The position numbers and the translations under genes were made by a program. The notes under the pieces were generated by a model. That model saw only the letters and a program-made list of their open reading frames with translations. It did no database searches and was not told where the DNA came from. A DNA stretch of 63,680 nucleotides, counting the filler, from Ferroacidibacillus organovorans (GTDB lineage: Bacteria; Bacillota; Bacilli; Alicyclobacillales; SLC66): the NCBI RefSeq assembly GCF_001642725.1. It is 4 parts of 4 records of this genome, joined end to end, with 100 filler letters (N's around TTAATTAATTAA, not from the genome) between each part and the next. Parts side by side here need not be neighbours in the genome. Positions count along the whole stretch, not along the records: positions 18,162 to 35,959 come from NZ_LSUQ01000053.1; positions 36,060 to 53,793 come from NZ_LSUQ01000054.1; 2 more parts are not named here. One strand, 5' to 3'. Below are positions 33,390 through 45,200 of the stretch, piece after piece. Position 1 is the first letter of the stretch. Every line of letters starts with the position of its first letter.

Positions 33390-35959
33390 GTGAAACTCCC
33401 CATCGCTGTACTCTCTCCCAAATGGATCAAAACGGGCGCGCTGCTCGGTGTATCGGGAGCCATCGTGACCGTGTACGCGGCGGGCGGGTTCCCTAAATCC
33501 TCAAAAGTGATGGCGCAGCAAGTGGCGACGCCAAAGTCGATTTATGTCCAGACGGCGACCGCCAAACTGGGAACGATTGCGCAAACGCTGGCACTTACAG
33601 GCAGTGTGGTGAGTCCACAATCCATCTCGCTTTCCCCGCGCGGCGCCGGTAATGTACAGTCCATCTCGGTTCATGTTGGGCAGACGGTGCGTGCGAATCA
33701 AGTGCTTGCGCAACTTGCGAACGGAACGGCTCAGGCGCAATTGCTCGTTGCACAAGGAGGACTCGCGAGTGCGCTCGGGAAGATGGCTCAGGCGCGCCAA
33801 TCGATCAATCCATATACGCTCGCATTGGCCAGTGCCAATGTCCAGGTGGCGGGCGACAAGTTGCAAACGCTGATGGCAGGAGCTGCACCCGCAAAAATTA
33901 CGCAGGCGCGTGCAGCAGTCTCTGCGAACGCGCAATCGGTTACACAGTTAAACCAGCAGTACGCATGGATGAAATCAAGCAAAGGATCGCAGGCGCTCGC
34001 GCTCGCGGATGCAGAGCATGCGCTGTCTGCCTTGAAATCAGGGCAGAGTCCGCTCGCTCTGGCGGTGACCAATGCTGAGCAGGCGCTACAAGGTTTAACG
34101 AATGGGAGTGCACCGCAAAACGTTGCGGTCACTGTGCAGCAGGCAAATGCAACGGCGAGCACCGCTGCACTGCAAACGGCAGAAGGCAATTTGCAGCGCA
34201 CGCAGTCGAACACGAGCCCGCAAGGGGTCGCGGTGGCGAGTGATCAGACGACGCTACAAACAGATCAGCAAAACCTTGTCAATCTACAGGGGCAACTGCA
34301 GCAGGCGGAAGCCGGGAATGGACTTTCTGCGACGGTGCAACAGTCGGTGGTGAGCGCGCAGAATACCTTGGATGCGATCAAGAGTGCGAGCAGCCCGGAC
34401 GGAATCAAAGTGACACAAGATCAACAAGCGCTCGCGGCGAGTGAAGCGACACTGACTTCTCTACAGGCGCAAACTCCAGTGACGACAACCCTTCAGACGC
34501 AGATTGCGAGTGCAGAGACGGCTGTCACAAACGCCCAAGATGCACTTTCATCCGATCAGGCGGCGTGGAATGCTGCCATCGCAGCGGCGCAGAATCAACT
34601 CAATCAAGCGAGTGCGGCGGCACAGACGGCCAATCAAAACGCGGTGACAGCACTTCAAAATCAAATCAGCGCGGCGCAAGAGGCGGTCGTTTCCGCACAG
34701 GGCAAGCTGGCGGCCGATCAAGCGAATTGGACGAATGCGATCAGCGTCGCGGCCGATCAAGTCAATGCAGCAAGCGCAGCCATCTCTCAGCAAAATCTCG
34801 CCAATCAAGGAAAACTGTCGATCCTGCAGGCGGATCAGAGTCAAGCGATGCAGATCGCGGCGCGGGCGCTCGCGACGGCAAAAGCGCAGTATGCCCAGGC
34901 GCTGCGTACGGATGAACAGGCCGTGCAAATGGCGAGCGCCAATGAACAGACAGCCTTGCAGCGCATGCAGGCAACACTGCAAAAGGCGCAGGCCACGCTT
35001 CTTTCGAGTCGCGACAATCTCGCAGCGCTTCAGGCGCCGCCTCAGCCGAGTGTTCTCGCGGCGGCAAAAACGGCGATCGCCGCCGCGAAATTAAAAGTAG
35101 AAGAATTGCTTCACCCGAAAAATCAAGGAACACTTCAGGCGCTTCAGGGTGCCGTGACTGCCGCGCAGGGACGTCTGCAAATCGCGCAGCAAGCTTTAAG
35201 CAACACGGTCATTGCGGCACCCTTTCCAGGTGTCATCACCGCGATTACCGCACAGCCAGGCAATGCAGTGACTGCGGCAAAGCCGATCATCGCAATGATT
35301 GGCACAACGCTTGAACTGCAGGCGCAACTCAGCCAGCAGGACATCAATCAAGTGCACCCGGGCGAGCGCGTCCTTTTCACGCTGCCGTTTGCACCGAGTC
35401 AAAATGAGCAGGGCGTTGTCGCGTCGATCTCACCGGTTGTCAATCCACAGACACTCTCCCTCACGGTGACCATTGCGCCTGCGCGGCCGATTGTCGGTAT
35501 GGCTTCAGGCGAGACGGCATCCATTCAGGTCGTGACAAAATCAGATCCGCATGCGGTGCTAGTGCCAACCGCCGCCATCAATTCACAAACCGGCGCGCCG
35601 CAAGTGTATCTGGTGAAAAACGGACGAGCACTCTTGCGCCCGGTAACGCTTGGCGCGACACAGGGCGCGTGGACGGAAGTGCTCGCGGGGGTTACAGCGG
35701 GCGATCAGGTGGTAACGCTCGGACAGACGTTCCTTGCGCCGGGCGACCACGTCACAGTTTCCAATGTGATTGCGCGGGCAAGCGGCGCGGTGACGGCAAA
35801 GCCGTCTACATCTACTTCCGCGAATCCCTCACACGCCGCCGCCCCCCACAAAGGCAAGCACCACAAAGGCAAGCACCACAAAGGCAAGCACCACAAAGGC
35901 AAGCACCACAAAGGCAAGCACCACAAAGGCAAGCACCACAAAGGCAAGCACCACAAAGG
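33390..35959 (+). CDS. efflux periplasmic-adaptor (HlyD/MFP) protein with very long coiled coil, 3' end in gap
   Basis: Lipoyl halves (VHVGQTVRANQVLA; IAAPFPGVI), beta-barrel and VTLG...VTAGDQVV; about 500 Ala/Gln-rich residues between them. Confidence 0.85.
35846..35959 (+). repeat. 15-bp VNTR CCACAAAGGCAAGCA x7.6 encoding (HHKGK)n
   Basis: Perfect tandem copies running into the contig break. Confidence 0.95.
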
Positions 35960-36059
35960 NNNNNNNNNNNNNNNNNNNNNNNNNNNNNNNNNNNNNNNNN
36001 NNNTTAATTAATTAANNNNNNNNNNNNNNNNNNNNNNNNNNNNNNNNNNNNNNNNNNNN
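35960..36059. other. artificial contig spacer
   Basis: N-TTAATTAATTAA-N. Confidence 0.98.
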
Positions 36060-37252
36060 GTAGATACAGCATGCAACCTCTAAATGACATTATCGATACG
36101 TTTATAGATTATCGGGGAAAGACGCCTAACAAAGTGCCTTCGGGAGTCCCACTCATAACCGCAAAGGTAGTCAAAGGGGGGCGTATTGAGACCCCTTTAG
36201 AATTCATCAGCATGGATGATTATGAAACTTGGATGAGGAGAGGGATTCCTCGTTATGGGGACGTTGTTCTAACAACAGAAGCACCACTCGGAGAAGTTGC
36301 TCAAATTCAGACGAGAGAGAGGATTGCACTTGCACAGCGCATTATCACTTTACGTGGACAGAGTGAAGTATTAGACAACACGTTTTTGCGCTACGCATTA
36401 CAATATGGTCCTGTCCAGGCAGAGTTACACGGCCGTGCTAGCGGCACAACCGTACAGGGAATTAAGAGTTCAGAACTGAAGAAAGTAAATATTCCTGTTC
36501 CAGACCTAACGATTCAGGAACGCATTGCTGACATTCTCTGCTCTCTCGATGACAAAATCGAACTTAACCGTCGCATGAATGAAACGCTGGAACAAATGGC
36601 GATGGCGCTGTACAAACACTCGTTTGCTGATGATACTGATGGTGGCAGTGTTCAGTTGGAGCATCTTGTTGAAATCAATCCGAGAATGTCAGTTAAGAAA
36701 GGGGATATTATTCCGTTTGTCGATATGAAGGCACTGTCAACGATGTCCTGTAGCATCATGGATGAGGACATAGCGATGAAGGAATACTCATCTGGTATGA
36801 AATTTCTCAACGCAGATACACTTTTTGCACGGATAACCCCATGTTTAGAGAACGGGAAAACCGCATTCGTGGATTTTCTGCAAGACGATCAAACTGGGTT
36901 CGGATCAACGGAGTTTTTAGTTCTTCGAGCGAATGAAAGAACATGTCCAGAATACGTTTATTGCACTGCGCGTTGGAGCACGTTTCGTGAGCACGCAGTT
37001 CGAAGTATGGTTGGTACATCCGGGAGGCAAAGAGTCCAGACGGATGCATTGTTGCAATTTGAGTTACCGGAACCCGATGCAGATAGGATGAAGGAGTTCC
37101 ACTCAATCACGTCAGAATGGTTTGCTTTAATACGCAGTAACACATTTGAAAATTCTCATCTTAATCGTCTTCGGGAATACTTGCTTCCTCGTCTTCTATC
37201 GGGCGAGATTGAGTTGGTAGAAGTCCAAGAACAAGTTGAAGAGGTGGTGTAG
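36060..37252 (+). CDS. hsdS: type I RM specificity subunit (true start possibly in gap)
   Basis: RGKTP, IQERIADILCSLDDKIELNRRMN, RITPCLENGK, LLPRLLSGEI. Confidence 0.92.
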
Positions 37253-40200
37253 ATGGCCGGAAAACTGTATGAATCTGATTTTGAGGAAACCACGATTGAG
37301 CGGTTGAAGCGCCTAGGTTATGGGCATTTGCCTGCACATGAACTTTACAGTCGCGCAGATCTTGTGGAAGTTGTTCTCCGACAACGATTGGAGGACTTTC
37401 TTTGGCGTAGGTACCCTAAGTTGCCTACGCAGGCTTTGGCATCTCAATTCATGAATCCTGATGGGCTGACGTGGCAGCAGAGGAATCAGCGGTTTCATGA
37501 CATGCTGGTCAAGGGGATCGACTTTGCTTATGAGGTCAATAGGGAGACGAAGTATGCCCACGTGACCCCGATTGATTGGGATGAGCCGGAGAGCAATGAC
37601 TTCGTCGTTGTGAATCAAGTGGGTATTGAAGGTCGCATGGCTCGCCGCCCTGACATGATTGTGTACGTCAATGGCCTGCCGTTGATCGTTTTCGAGTTGA
37701 AGAGTCCATACAAAGAGGACGCAACTGTTGACGACGCATACACGCAGATTAACAACTACACCTATGACATCTCTCAACTTTTCAACTTCAATGCGTTTTC
37801 AGTGGTATCAGATGGAATCACAACTCTCCATGGCATGCCAGGTGCGCCTATGGATTTTTTCGCAGCATGGAAATCCATCGATGGACGAAATGTGGACAAC
37901 AACATCGCGAACTCCATGAAGACGTTGATTGAAGGATTGTTCCCGAAAGATAGGCTGCTGAAGTACATACGAGACTTTATCGCATTCATGGATGATGGGA
38001 AGAAGGTCATTAAAATTGGGGCGAAGTACCACCAGTTCTTTGGTGTTCGCTTTGCTGTGGAACAAACAATTCGAGCAACAAGACCAGACGGTGATCGAAA
38101 GATCGGCGTCATTTGGCACACTCAGGGATCAGGTAAGTCAATCTCGATGCTGTTCTTCACGGGAATCTTGTCACGTCACCCAGAGATGGGTAACCCAAGC
38201 ATTGTGATTCAGGTTGACCGCGCGGATTTGGATGAGCAGTTGTACAAGACTTTTGTCTCAGGTAAATCGCTCGTTGGTCATGTTCATCAAGCGTGTTCAG
38301 CCGACGACTTGCGTGATTTGTTGAGGAACGAGGCTGGACAAATTGTGTTTTCCACTATCGAAAAATTTCGTCTCAAGGATTCCGAGGCAGAGCATCCAGT
38401 TTTGTCGGGAAGGCAGAATATTGTTGTAATCAGTGACGAGGCCCACCGCACTCAATACCAAGATGATGGATTTGCGGGACATTTGCGAACGGCACTTCCG
38501 AATGCCTCTTTTATTGGGTTTACGGGAACACCGATCTCTTTTGCAGATAGAGATTCAGTCGAGACGTTTGGCCACATTATTCACACCTACGATATGGTTC
38601 AATCTGTCGAGGACAAATCCACAGTTCCCATCTATTACGAATCGCGCTTAATTCCGATTGACCTTTCGAATGCCGACATCGACGATGACTACAAGGCAAT
38701 CATCGCAAACGCGGAGTCGGGAGACGAGGTTGACCAGTACCGTGCCAAGTGGGCCGCCCTTGAAAAGGTTGTGGGCACGGAACGCCGTTTAGAGACACTC
38801 GCCAAGGACATATTGCACCATTTCGGTGAAAAGGCGTCTCGTCAAGATAAGGCCATGATCGTGTGTATGAGTCGCGAAATCTGTGTGGCTCTTTACGACC
38901 AAATGCGGAAGTTGACTGGTTGCCCTGAAATTGAGATTATTTTTAGCGGGGACGTATCGAAAGACCCACAAGAATGGCGTGAAATTCAGTTGGAAAGCAA
39001 GTATGCACATATCAAGACGAGGGACGAACAGGAAGAGGTCAAGGCAAGGCTGAAAGACCCTGACGATCCGTTGAAAATGGTCATTGTACGTGATATGTGG
39101 CTAACAGGATTTGATGCGCCACCGGTTTCAGTTATGTACGTGGATAAGCCCATGAAGGGTCACAACCTGATGCAGGCAATTGCACGTGTCAACCGAGTAT
39201 TCCCTGGCAAAAATGGCGGTTTGGTGGTTGACTACATCGGGATTGCAACCGCGCTAAAAGAGGCAACACGGCGTTACACCGACGGTGGCGGGCGAGGGAA
39301 ACCGACGTTTAATATTGAGCAAGCCGTTGAGATGTTTCAGGGCACTTTATCTGAGATGCGGAGTTATTTCCCCAGTGACCTTGTCACAATTGGATGGCGC
39401 GGGTGGTCGAAGGTTGAACGTGATGACTGGTTGGCTGAACGAGTGAATGAACTGTTGGGGTATAAGCAAGAGGGTTTCTTGCAAGCACAACTCAAACTCA
39501 AAAAGGCTCATCAACTGGTGCGCCATCTGAATGAGATTATTGAACGTGCAAATGAAGTTCTCCTGTATGAGATTCTAGCGACTCAAGTTAAGAAAATCAT
39601 AGGCGGGGACCGTGATAAGAAGAGAACCAAGACGGAAGTGGAATCCGACGTGAACCGTCTAGTGAATGAAAGCGTCGAAGCCTACGAGGTTCTTGATCTA
39701 TTCAAAGTGGCTGGCTTGGACCGGCCCGATTTGAGTATCCTTGACGAGTCGTTCCTTGCCGACCTTCAGGAGAAAAAGCACGTTGACCTCCGACTGAAAT
39801 TGCTACAAAAACTGTTGGAAGACAAGATTGCCGTCATTTTCCGTCAGAACAAAGAGATGACGAAAACGTTGAAAGAGTTACTGGAGAAAACGCTGGCTGA
39901 ATACCATGCCAAGGTGATTCAAGCGGCAGATGTCCTACAAGCCATGATAGAAGTCAAAAGGAAGGCCGACCAGGAAGAAAAGTCTCGAAGCGATCTCGGG
40001 CTATCGGATGAAGAAGTGGCATTCTATAACGTCGTAACACAAATGGGTAACAGCGCATTTTCGAATGAATTTGTCGCGGACCTGATTCACAAGGTTGTTA
40101 AAGCGATGAAGCAGAAATTTCAACCGGATTGGACGTCAACGCATCGAGCAGATGTGCTTGCATCGGTGAATTTGGCTGTGAAGCACGTCTTGATGAAGGA

Positions 40201-40291
40201 AAAAATCAAGGGTGAGCAGTTACGGTTTTTGACGAACGCGATTGTGGAGCAGGCGAAAGAACAGTACAAGGGCTGGCCGTTGGAAGCCTGA
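37253..40291 (+). CDS. hsdR: type I RM restriction subunit
   Basis: RPD...VFELK, HTQGSGKS, DEAHR, QAIARVNR. Confidence 0.95.
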   Translation: MAGKLYESDFEETTIERLKRLGYGHLPAHELYSRADLVEVVLRQRLEDFLWRRYPKLPTQALASQFMNPDGLTWQQRNQRFHDMLVKGIDFAYEVNRETKYAHVTPIDWDEPESNDFVVVNQVGIEGRMARRPDMIVYVNGLPLIVFELKSPYKEDATVDDAYTQINNYTYDISQLFNFNAFSVVSDGITTLHGMPGAPMDFFAAWKSIDGRNVDNNIANSMKTLIEGLFPKDRLLKYIRDFIAFMDDGKKVIKIGAKYHQFFGVRFAVEQTIRATRPDGDRKIGVIWHTQGSGKSISMLFFTGILSRHPEMGNPSIVIQVDRADLDEQLYKTFVSGKSLVGHVHQACSADDLRDLLRNEAGQIVFSTIEKFRLKDSEAEHPVLSGRQNIVVISDEAHRTQYQDDGFAGHLRTALPNASFIGFTGTPISFADRDSVETFGHIIHTYDMVQSVEDKSTVPIYYESRLIPIDLSNADIDDDYKAIIANAESGDEVDQYRAKWAALEKVVGTERRLETLAKDILHHFGEKASRQDKAMIVCMSREICVALYDQMRKLTGCPEIEIIFSGDVSKDPQEWREIQLESKYAHIKTRDEQEEVKARLKDPDDPLKMVIVRDMWLTGFDAPPVSVMYVDKPMKGHNLMQAIARVNRVFPGKNGGLVVDYIGIATALKEATRRYTDGGGRGKPTFNIEQAVEMFQGTLSEMRSYFPSDLVTIGWRGWSKVERDDWLAERVNELLGYKQEGFLQAQLKLKKAHQLVRHLNEIIERANEVLLYEILATQVKKIIGGDRDKKRTKTEVESDVNRLVNESVEAYEVLDLFKVAGLDRPDLSILDESFLADLQEKKHVDLRLKLLQKLLEDKIAVIFRQNKEMTKTLKELLEKTLAEYHAKVIQAADVLQAMIEVKRKADQEEKSRSDLGLSDEEVAFYNVVTQMGNSAFSNEFVADLIHKVVKAMKQKFQPDWTSTHRADVLASVNLAVKHVLMKEKIKGEQLRFLTNAIVEQAKEQYKGWPLEA

Positions 40292-40442
40292 ATTGGGGTT
40301 CAACTTGATGTTTGGGCTAAGAATAAAGCCGTTCTACGGGCAGGTACATGACATGACCCATTGGAAGTAGCCATTGACATCATGGCTTTAGGATTTGGCT
40401 GCAATAGATGACATATTTGAATTTCTGTAAAGTTGGTGCACG

Positions 40443-42176
40443 ATGACACTGTTGAGTAGGCAATATCATGCAACCCAATATCGGGTTTTCGGGAACGTTG
40501 TGATGCGTTGGATAATTGACCGGACTCTTCTTATCAACAAGAACAATCAAGGTTCAAGGGAGAAGAAACTTCAAGAGTCGGGGTTTGCGGTCGAGCGGGC
40601 CGAGCCCGCATGGATTGGATATGATGAAGGGTTTCTGTGGAATGCAATTCGTTATTGGTCACAGTACTTCATTCTAACGGAAGAGGGTACAACCTCCTGG
40701 GCATACAGTTGGAGGGACTACGTCTGTCGGTTTCCCAATGTTGTATTTGGAGACTGGGATGAGTGGGATGCCCTGATTACGGTGTTTATTCGAAACTTAT
40801 ATCTAAGCTTCTGGAATTCCCAGTTGTCACGTAATAATTCCAAGGATGTCAGGCGTAAGTTTTGGAACTCCCTTTGGGTGTTCTACGCTAAAACACAAGG
40901 TTTCGATGTGGAACCGACTCTGGAGAGAGTGCAGTCTGTTATCGATGAAATCGTTCAAAACGAACCGTTTGACCTATCCGTCTTAGGTCAAACTGACCTT
41001 GTCCTGGAAAAAATGTGTGCAGTCAGTGAGATTCAGTGGGAAGGAGTCAGTCATCCGGGGTGGGCCAACTTTATTCAATTTACGCACGCCCCAGTATGGG
41101 AAGAGCCGGAAATGTCATTGGACTGGGATATACCTCTAGTACTATATGAAATGGCAACAGGTATTGGCATGTCTGCTGAAATGATACTCTCCTTTCTTAC
41201 GCAAAATATGGATGACATAGTAAAACACCTTACTGCAATAATTCATCAGGTACATTCGAGGCCGAGTGATTTATACGAATTTTGGTTTCCGTTGCTAAAC
41301 CACGCATTGTTGTCTGACAGCGAAGTCGAAATGGACTCCAACACCAAATTGGTGGGTATTTCAGAAACGCTTGCACAGACGTTGACGAACGCAAGTGGTA
41401 TCGGACCTCGGCCTCCTGTACGACGAGGAGATGCCTTTGTCGTTGTATCTTGTTACGGAAAGACGTCAACGAGAGCGCGTGAAGATGCACTCAGGGAACT
41501 TGGTCACATTCAGACAATGTTAAGGGTTGCCGATGCGGGCTTTCGATGGGAAGTCAGTTTTTATTATTTCATTACAATGGACCTAAGTAATCGCGGATTA
41601 CCGAAAGATCATTTCTTTATGGCCGAGCGGCGGGATAATCGGCAGGTTTATCCTGAGTTGACCGACGAGTGGCTCACAAAGTATCGTGACTGGCTTGCTA
41701 AAATTGAGGACAAGCCTGGTGAAGTTGCAGAGTCTCTACTGGTTGCAATGAAGTGGCAGGGCTTGTCGCGGGTTCAAGATGGAGCAGAGAGTGAATTTTT
41801 GTGTTTATGGATTGTCTTAGAACGCCTTGGGAACGGGAGTTACCATTATAAGAAGACTATACCTCACGTAGCCGGAACTCTATGGAACTGGTCAATGTGG
41901 TCTTCACTGTCTAATTACGAACGTCTTCGGGGTAATTACCAGGACCGGCGACTCATGGAACGTATCATTGGTGAATTGGGGAACCTTCGTAGCCGAGAGG
42001 TGGCTCATCGGGGACAGTTTACCGGTAAGAAGGACGTACGATATGCCACGTACATACTCAAACATCTTGTGAATGACCTCATTCGATGGACGATTGCGTT
42101 ATTGATGGAGCGAGATGACATACGTTCGTTTGATGATCTGACGCAATATATCGATCAGAGCATGCAGTTGGTGTAA
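40443..42176 (+). CDS. hypothetical protein with C-terminal ApeA-like HEPN domain
   Basis: FLCLWIVLERL helix followed by LRSREVAHRG (R..H motif); family call is inferred. Confidence 0.55.
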   Translation: MTLLSRQYHATQYRVFGNVVMRWIIDRTLLINKNNQGSREKKLQESGFAVERAEPAWIGYDEGFLWNAIRYWSQYFILTEEGTTSWAYSWRDYVCRFPNVVFGDWDEWDALITVFIRNLYLSFWNSQLSRNNSKDVRRKFWNSLWVFYAKTQGFDVEPTLERVQSVIDEIVQNEPFDLSVLGQTDLVLEKMCAVSEIQWEGVSHPGWANFIQFTHAPVWEEPEMSLDWDIPLVLYEMATGIGMSAEMILSFLTQNMDDIVKHLTAIIHQVHSRPSDLYEFWFPLLNHALLSDSEVEMDSNTKLVGISETLAQTLTNASGIGPRPPVRRGDAFVVVSCYGKTSTRAREDALRELGHIQTMLRVADAGFRWEVSFYYFITMDLSNRGLPKDHFFMAERRDNRQVYPELTDEWLTKYRDWLAKIEDKPGEVAESLLVAMKWQGLSRVQDGAESEFLCLWIVLERLGNGSYHYKKTIPHVAGTLWNWSMWSSLSNYERLRGNYQDRRLMERIIGELGNLRSREVAHRGQFTGKKDVRYATYILKHLVNDLIRWTIALLMERDDIRSFDDLTQYIDQSMQLV

Positions 42177-42248
42177 CCCTGGAACAGTGATACCGTTACT
42201 AAAGACAAACGCAAGGTTCATAGCAGCATTTGAAAGTGAGGGAAGTGT

Positions 42249-45200
42249 ATGCCTTTACGAGGTGGAGCGACAGATAAGTATGGAAACCGATATGAGGCCT
42301 ATTGGACAGTCTACTGTATTGCTGATTTGCTAGACGAGAAGATTCGGTCCATCCGTTTAGAACCCCCTGGTCCTGATGGGGAAGGTGTAGAATTCTGGAC
42401 AAAGCACGTAGATGAATCCTTGGAATTCCACCAAGTGAAACGTCAAAATGACCATGGGTATTGGTCTCTAAAAGATTTAGCGCGAAAAGGAATCATCTCG
42501 ACGATTGTAACTAAAACATTGAATTCGTCGAATAGGTTTCGGTTTGTTTCGACTTATGCTGCCTATGAACTTCAAGAACTATCGGAACGGGCCAGAAGCG
42601 CCAAGGACCGGGACGAATACGAAACCGAATTCCTAGGAGCAGTGATACAGCGAACTTCTTTCGATACTTTGTGTCAATTGTGTGGGCCGTTGCCTTCCCA
42701 ACAAGTATTTACACTGTTACAACAGGTGTTCATTGATACTGAGGGAGAACCACTACTGATTCGCAACCTAGAAAACAAGTTGTCGGTGTTGGTGGAAGAA
42801 GACGTTGGACAGGCAATTGGATTTCTATTCCAATTTGTATTTGATAATGTTCACAAAGAACTTTTCGCTAACGATGTATGGCGGGCACTAGAGCACTCAG
42901 GGTTTCACAGACGCTCGCTGTCAGGTAACCCTCATGTCATTGTCAAAGTCGAAGAGGCAAATAAGCGTTATCTCAACTCACTTAGGGATGGCGCTATTCA
43001 GGGAATCGTATTGCCGCGGAATGAGGTCCAACAGATTGAGGATGCTCTTCTTACATCAAGATTTGTCATGGTTACCGGTGATGCAGGAGTAGGCAAGAGC
43101 ACTGTCCTAAAACAATTGGTGCAGAGGTATGAAGAGCAACGGTGGCTGACCCTTGCGTTTCGTGTTGATCGTCTTGAATATACAAATTTGCCCGAGAAGG
43201 TTGGTTCTCAAATTGGGTTACCAGGTTCTCCGACTGCGATTTTGAACGCGATTGCCCAAAACCGCAAAGGTCTTCTTGTCATTGACCAATTAGACTATAT
43301 GAGTGAGGTATCTGGGAGAAGAACAGAGTTCTTTGATTGTATAGACGAAATCATCCGTCAATCTCAATCGTTTACGGCAATGAGAGTTGTAATCGCTTGT
43401 CGGCAGTTTGACTTGGAAAACGACAGTCGATTTCGACGCCTAATAAAGGGTGAGACAAAAGATCAGTCTCAGGTGGTAAAGGTTCAGAGGCTGGATACGC
43501 ACACTGTGCAACGGGTTTTAGAAGAGATGGGCGTAAACATCCACTCAATTTCTGAGAAACAGTTCAACTTACTGTCAATTCCACTCCACTTGAGTCTTTT
43601 TGCTGAAATCTTGTCCCATGACGGCGGTATTGTACGGTTCAATAGTGTACTTGACTTATACGATCGTTTTTGGGCTTTGAAACAGGAAAGAATCAGGCGG
43701 CGCATAGGTGACATCCGATGGGTTGAGGTAATCGATCGATTATGCGAATACATGAGCGCGAATCAGTCGCTTTATGCACCTGAATATATACTCGATGGAG
43801 TCGAACACGATGCCAATACCATGGTTTCCGAACATGTATTGGAATTTGAAGGCTCGAGGTATGGTTTTTTTCATGAAGGTTTTTTTGATTATGCTTTTGC
43901 TCGGCGATTTCTCTCTAAGACCCAGTCGTTGCTAGACTTTTTACTAGAAAGAGAACAGCACTTATTCATCAGAACACAGGTTCGGCAAATTTTACAGTAC
44001 CAACGGAATCGTGATCCGTATCGGTATCAACAGAGCCTTGCAAACGTATTTCAATCATCGCGTGTTCGTTTTCACATCAAGCAAGTTTTGTTCCATGTAC
44101 TCGCTCAAATTGACGAACCTACTCCTGAAGAATGGGACATATTGAATCGCATGTTGAACAGTTTGGAACATGATTACAAAACTCATGTGCTAAACGTTAT
44201 TTACGGGTCACCTGGTTGGGTTAAACTTCTTATCGAGAGAGGCGTCATCCAAACTTGGCTGCAAAGTTCGGAATACGTGGATCAGGCCACCATGATTTTA
44301 ATGAGCGTTTCTGTGAAAGAACCAGATTTGGTTGCTGAATGCCTGAGTCCTTATATTGGTTTGTCCCCCCAGTGGGATAACCGTCTACGCAGGTTCTTCA
44401 GTTTACTCGAAACAATCCTTGGTTCGAACATGCTTGAACTATTTATGAGTGTTGTCGACAGTAAGGTTTTCTCTGAAGGGGATGACCATCAATCAATATT
44501 TTGGAAGGTGGCAAGCACTCTTTCGGCAACACATCCTACCGAGGCTTGTCAGGCTCTTGCACGATTCCTCACTACGATAGATATGTCGACAAAGAAGGAC
44601 AAACCTGGAATTCGTTTGTTTAAAGAACACGACCACCACTTGGCAGAATTATTAAAGAACTGTGCTTTTAATTCCTCAGAACAATTTGTAACCGCTGTTT
44701 TACCATTTATGTTCACTGTGATGTCACGATATTCATATGAAGTGTACGAGACCGATGAATTGATTCAAGACAGGGTGTGGTCGCATCGGAATTACGGAAC
44801 ATCTCACTTCGTAGAAGACGATTTCCTGCGAATGGTCAACGTTGCCATCGCTAGGTTGGCTGCGCAAGGAGGTGATGTGTTTCGTAGTGTCGAGTGTATG
44901 CTAAGTAATTCTGGCTTCGATACCGCAAATTACTTGTTGCTTAAGGCGTACACTTCTATTCCTCGTGAAGCGAGTGACCAAGCAATCACCTATCTGTTGA
45001 ATAATCCTGCTCGCCTCCGATGTGGTTACAGTGATAGTTCATTTTGGGTGACGAGAGAACTACTTGAAGCAGTTACGCCTTATTGCTCACAGGTTTGTCT
45101 TCAAGCACTCGAAGAGATGCTTCTACAATATTACCCAGCCTGGGAACGGTCGGCTGAAGGAATGAGGTATCGCGGGTTCAGTCAAATGACCCTTTTGGAG

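Noticed and set aside
35846..35959. Possible CRISPR array
   Set aside because: Head-to-tail 15-mers without spacers, inside a CDS; no CRISPR array or cas gene seen in the window.
40308..40442. N-terminal extension of the HEPN-like gene from ATG 40308
   Set aside because: Three in-frame stops and no recognisable homology; cannot be supported without a search.
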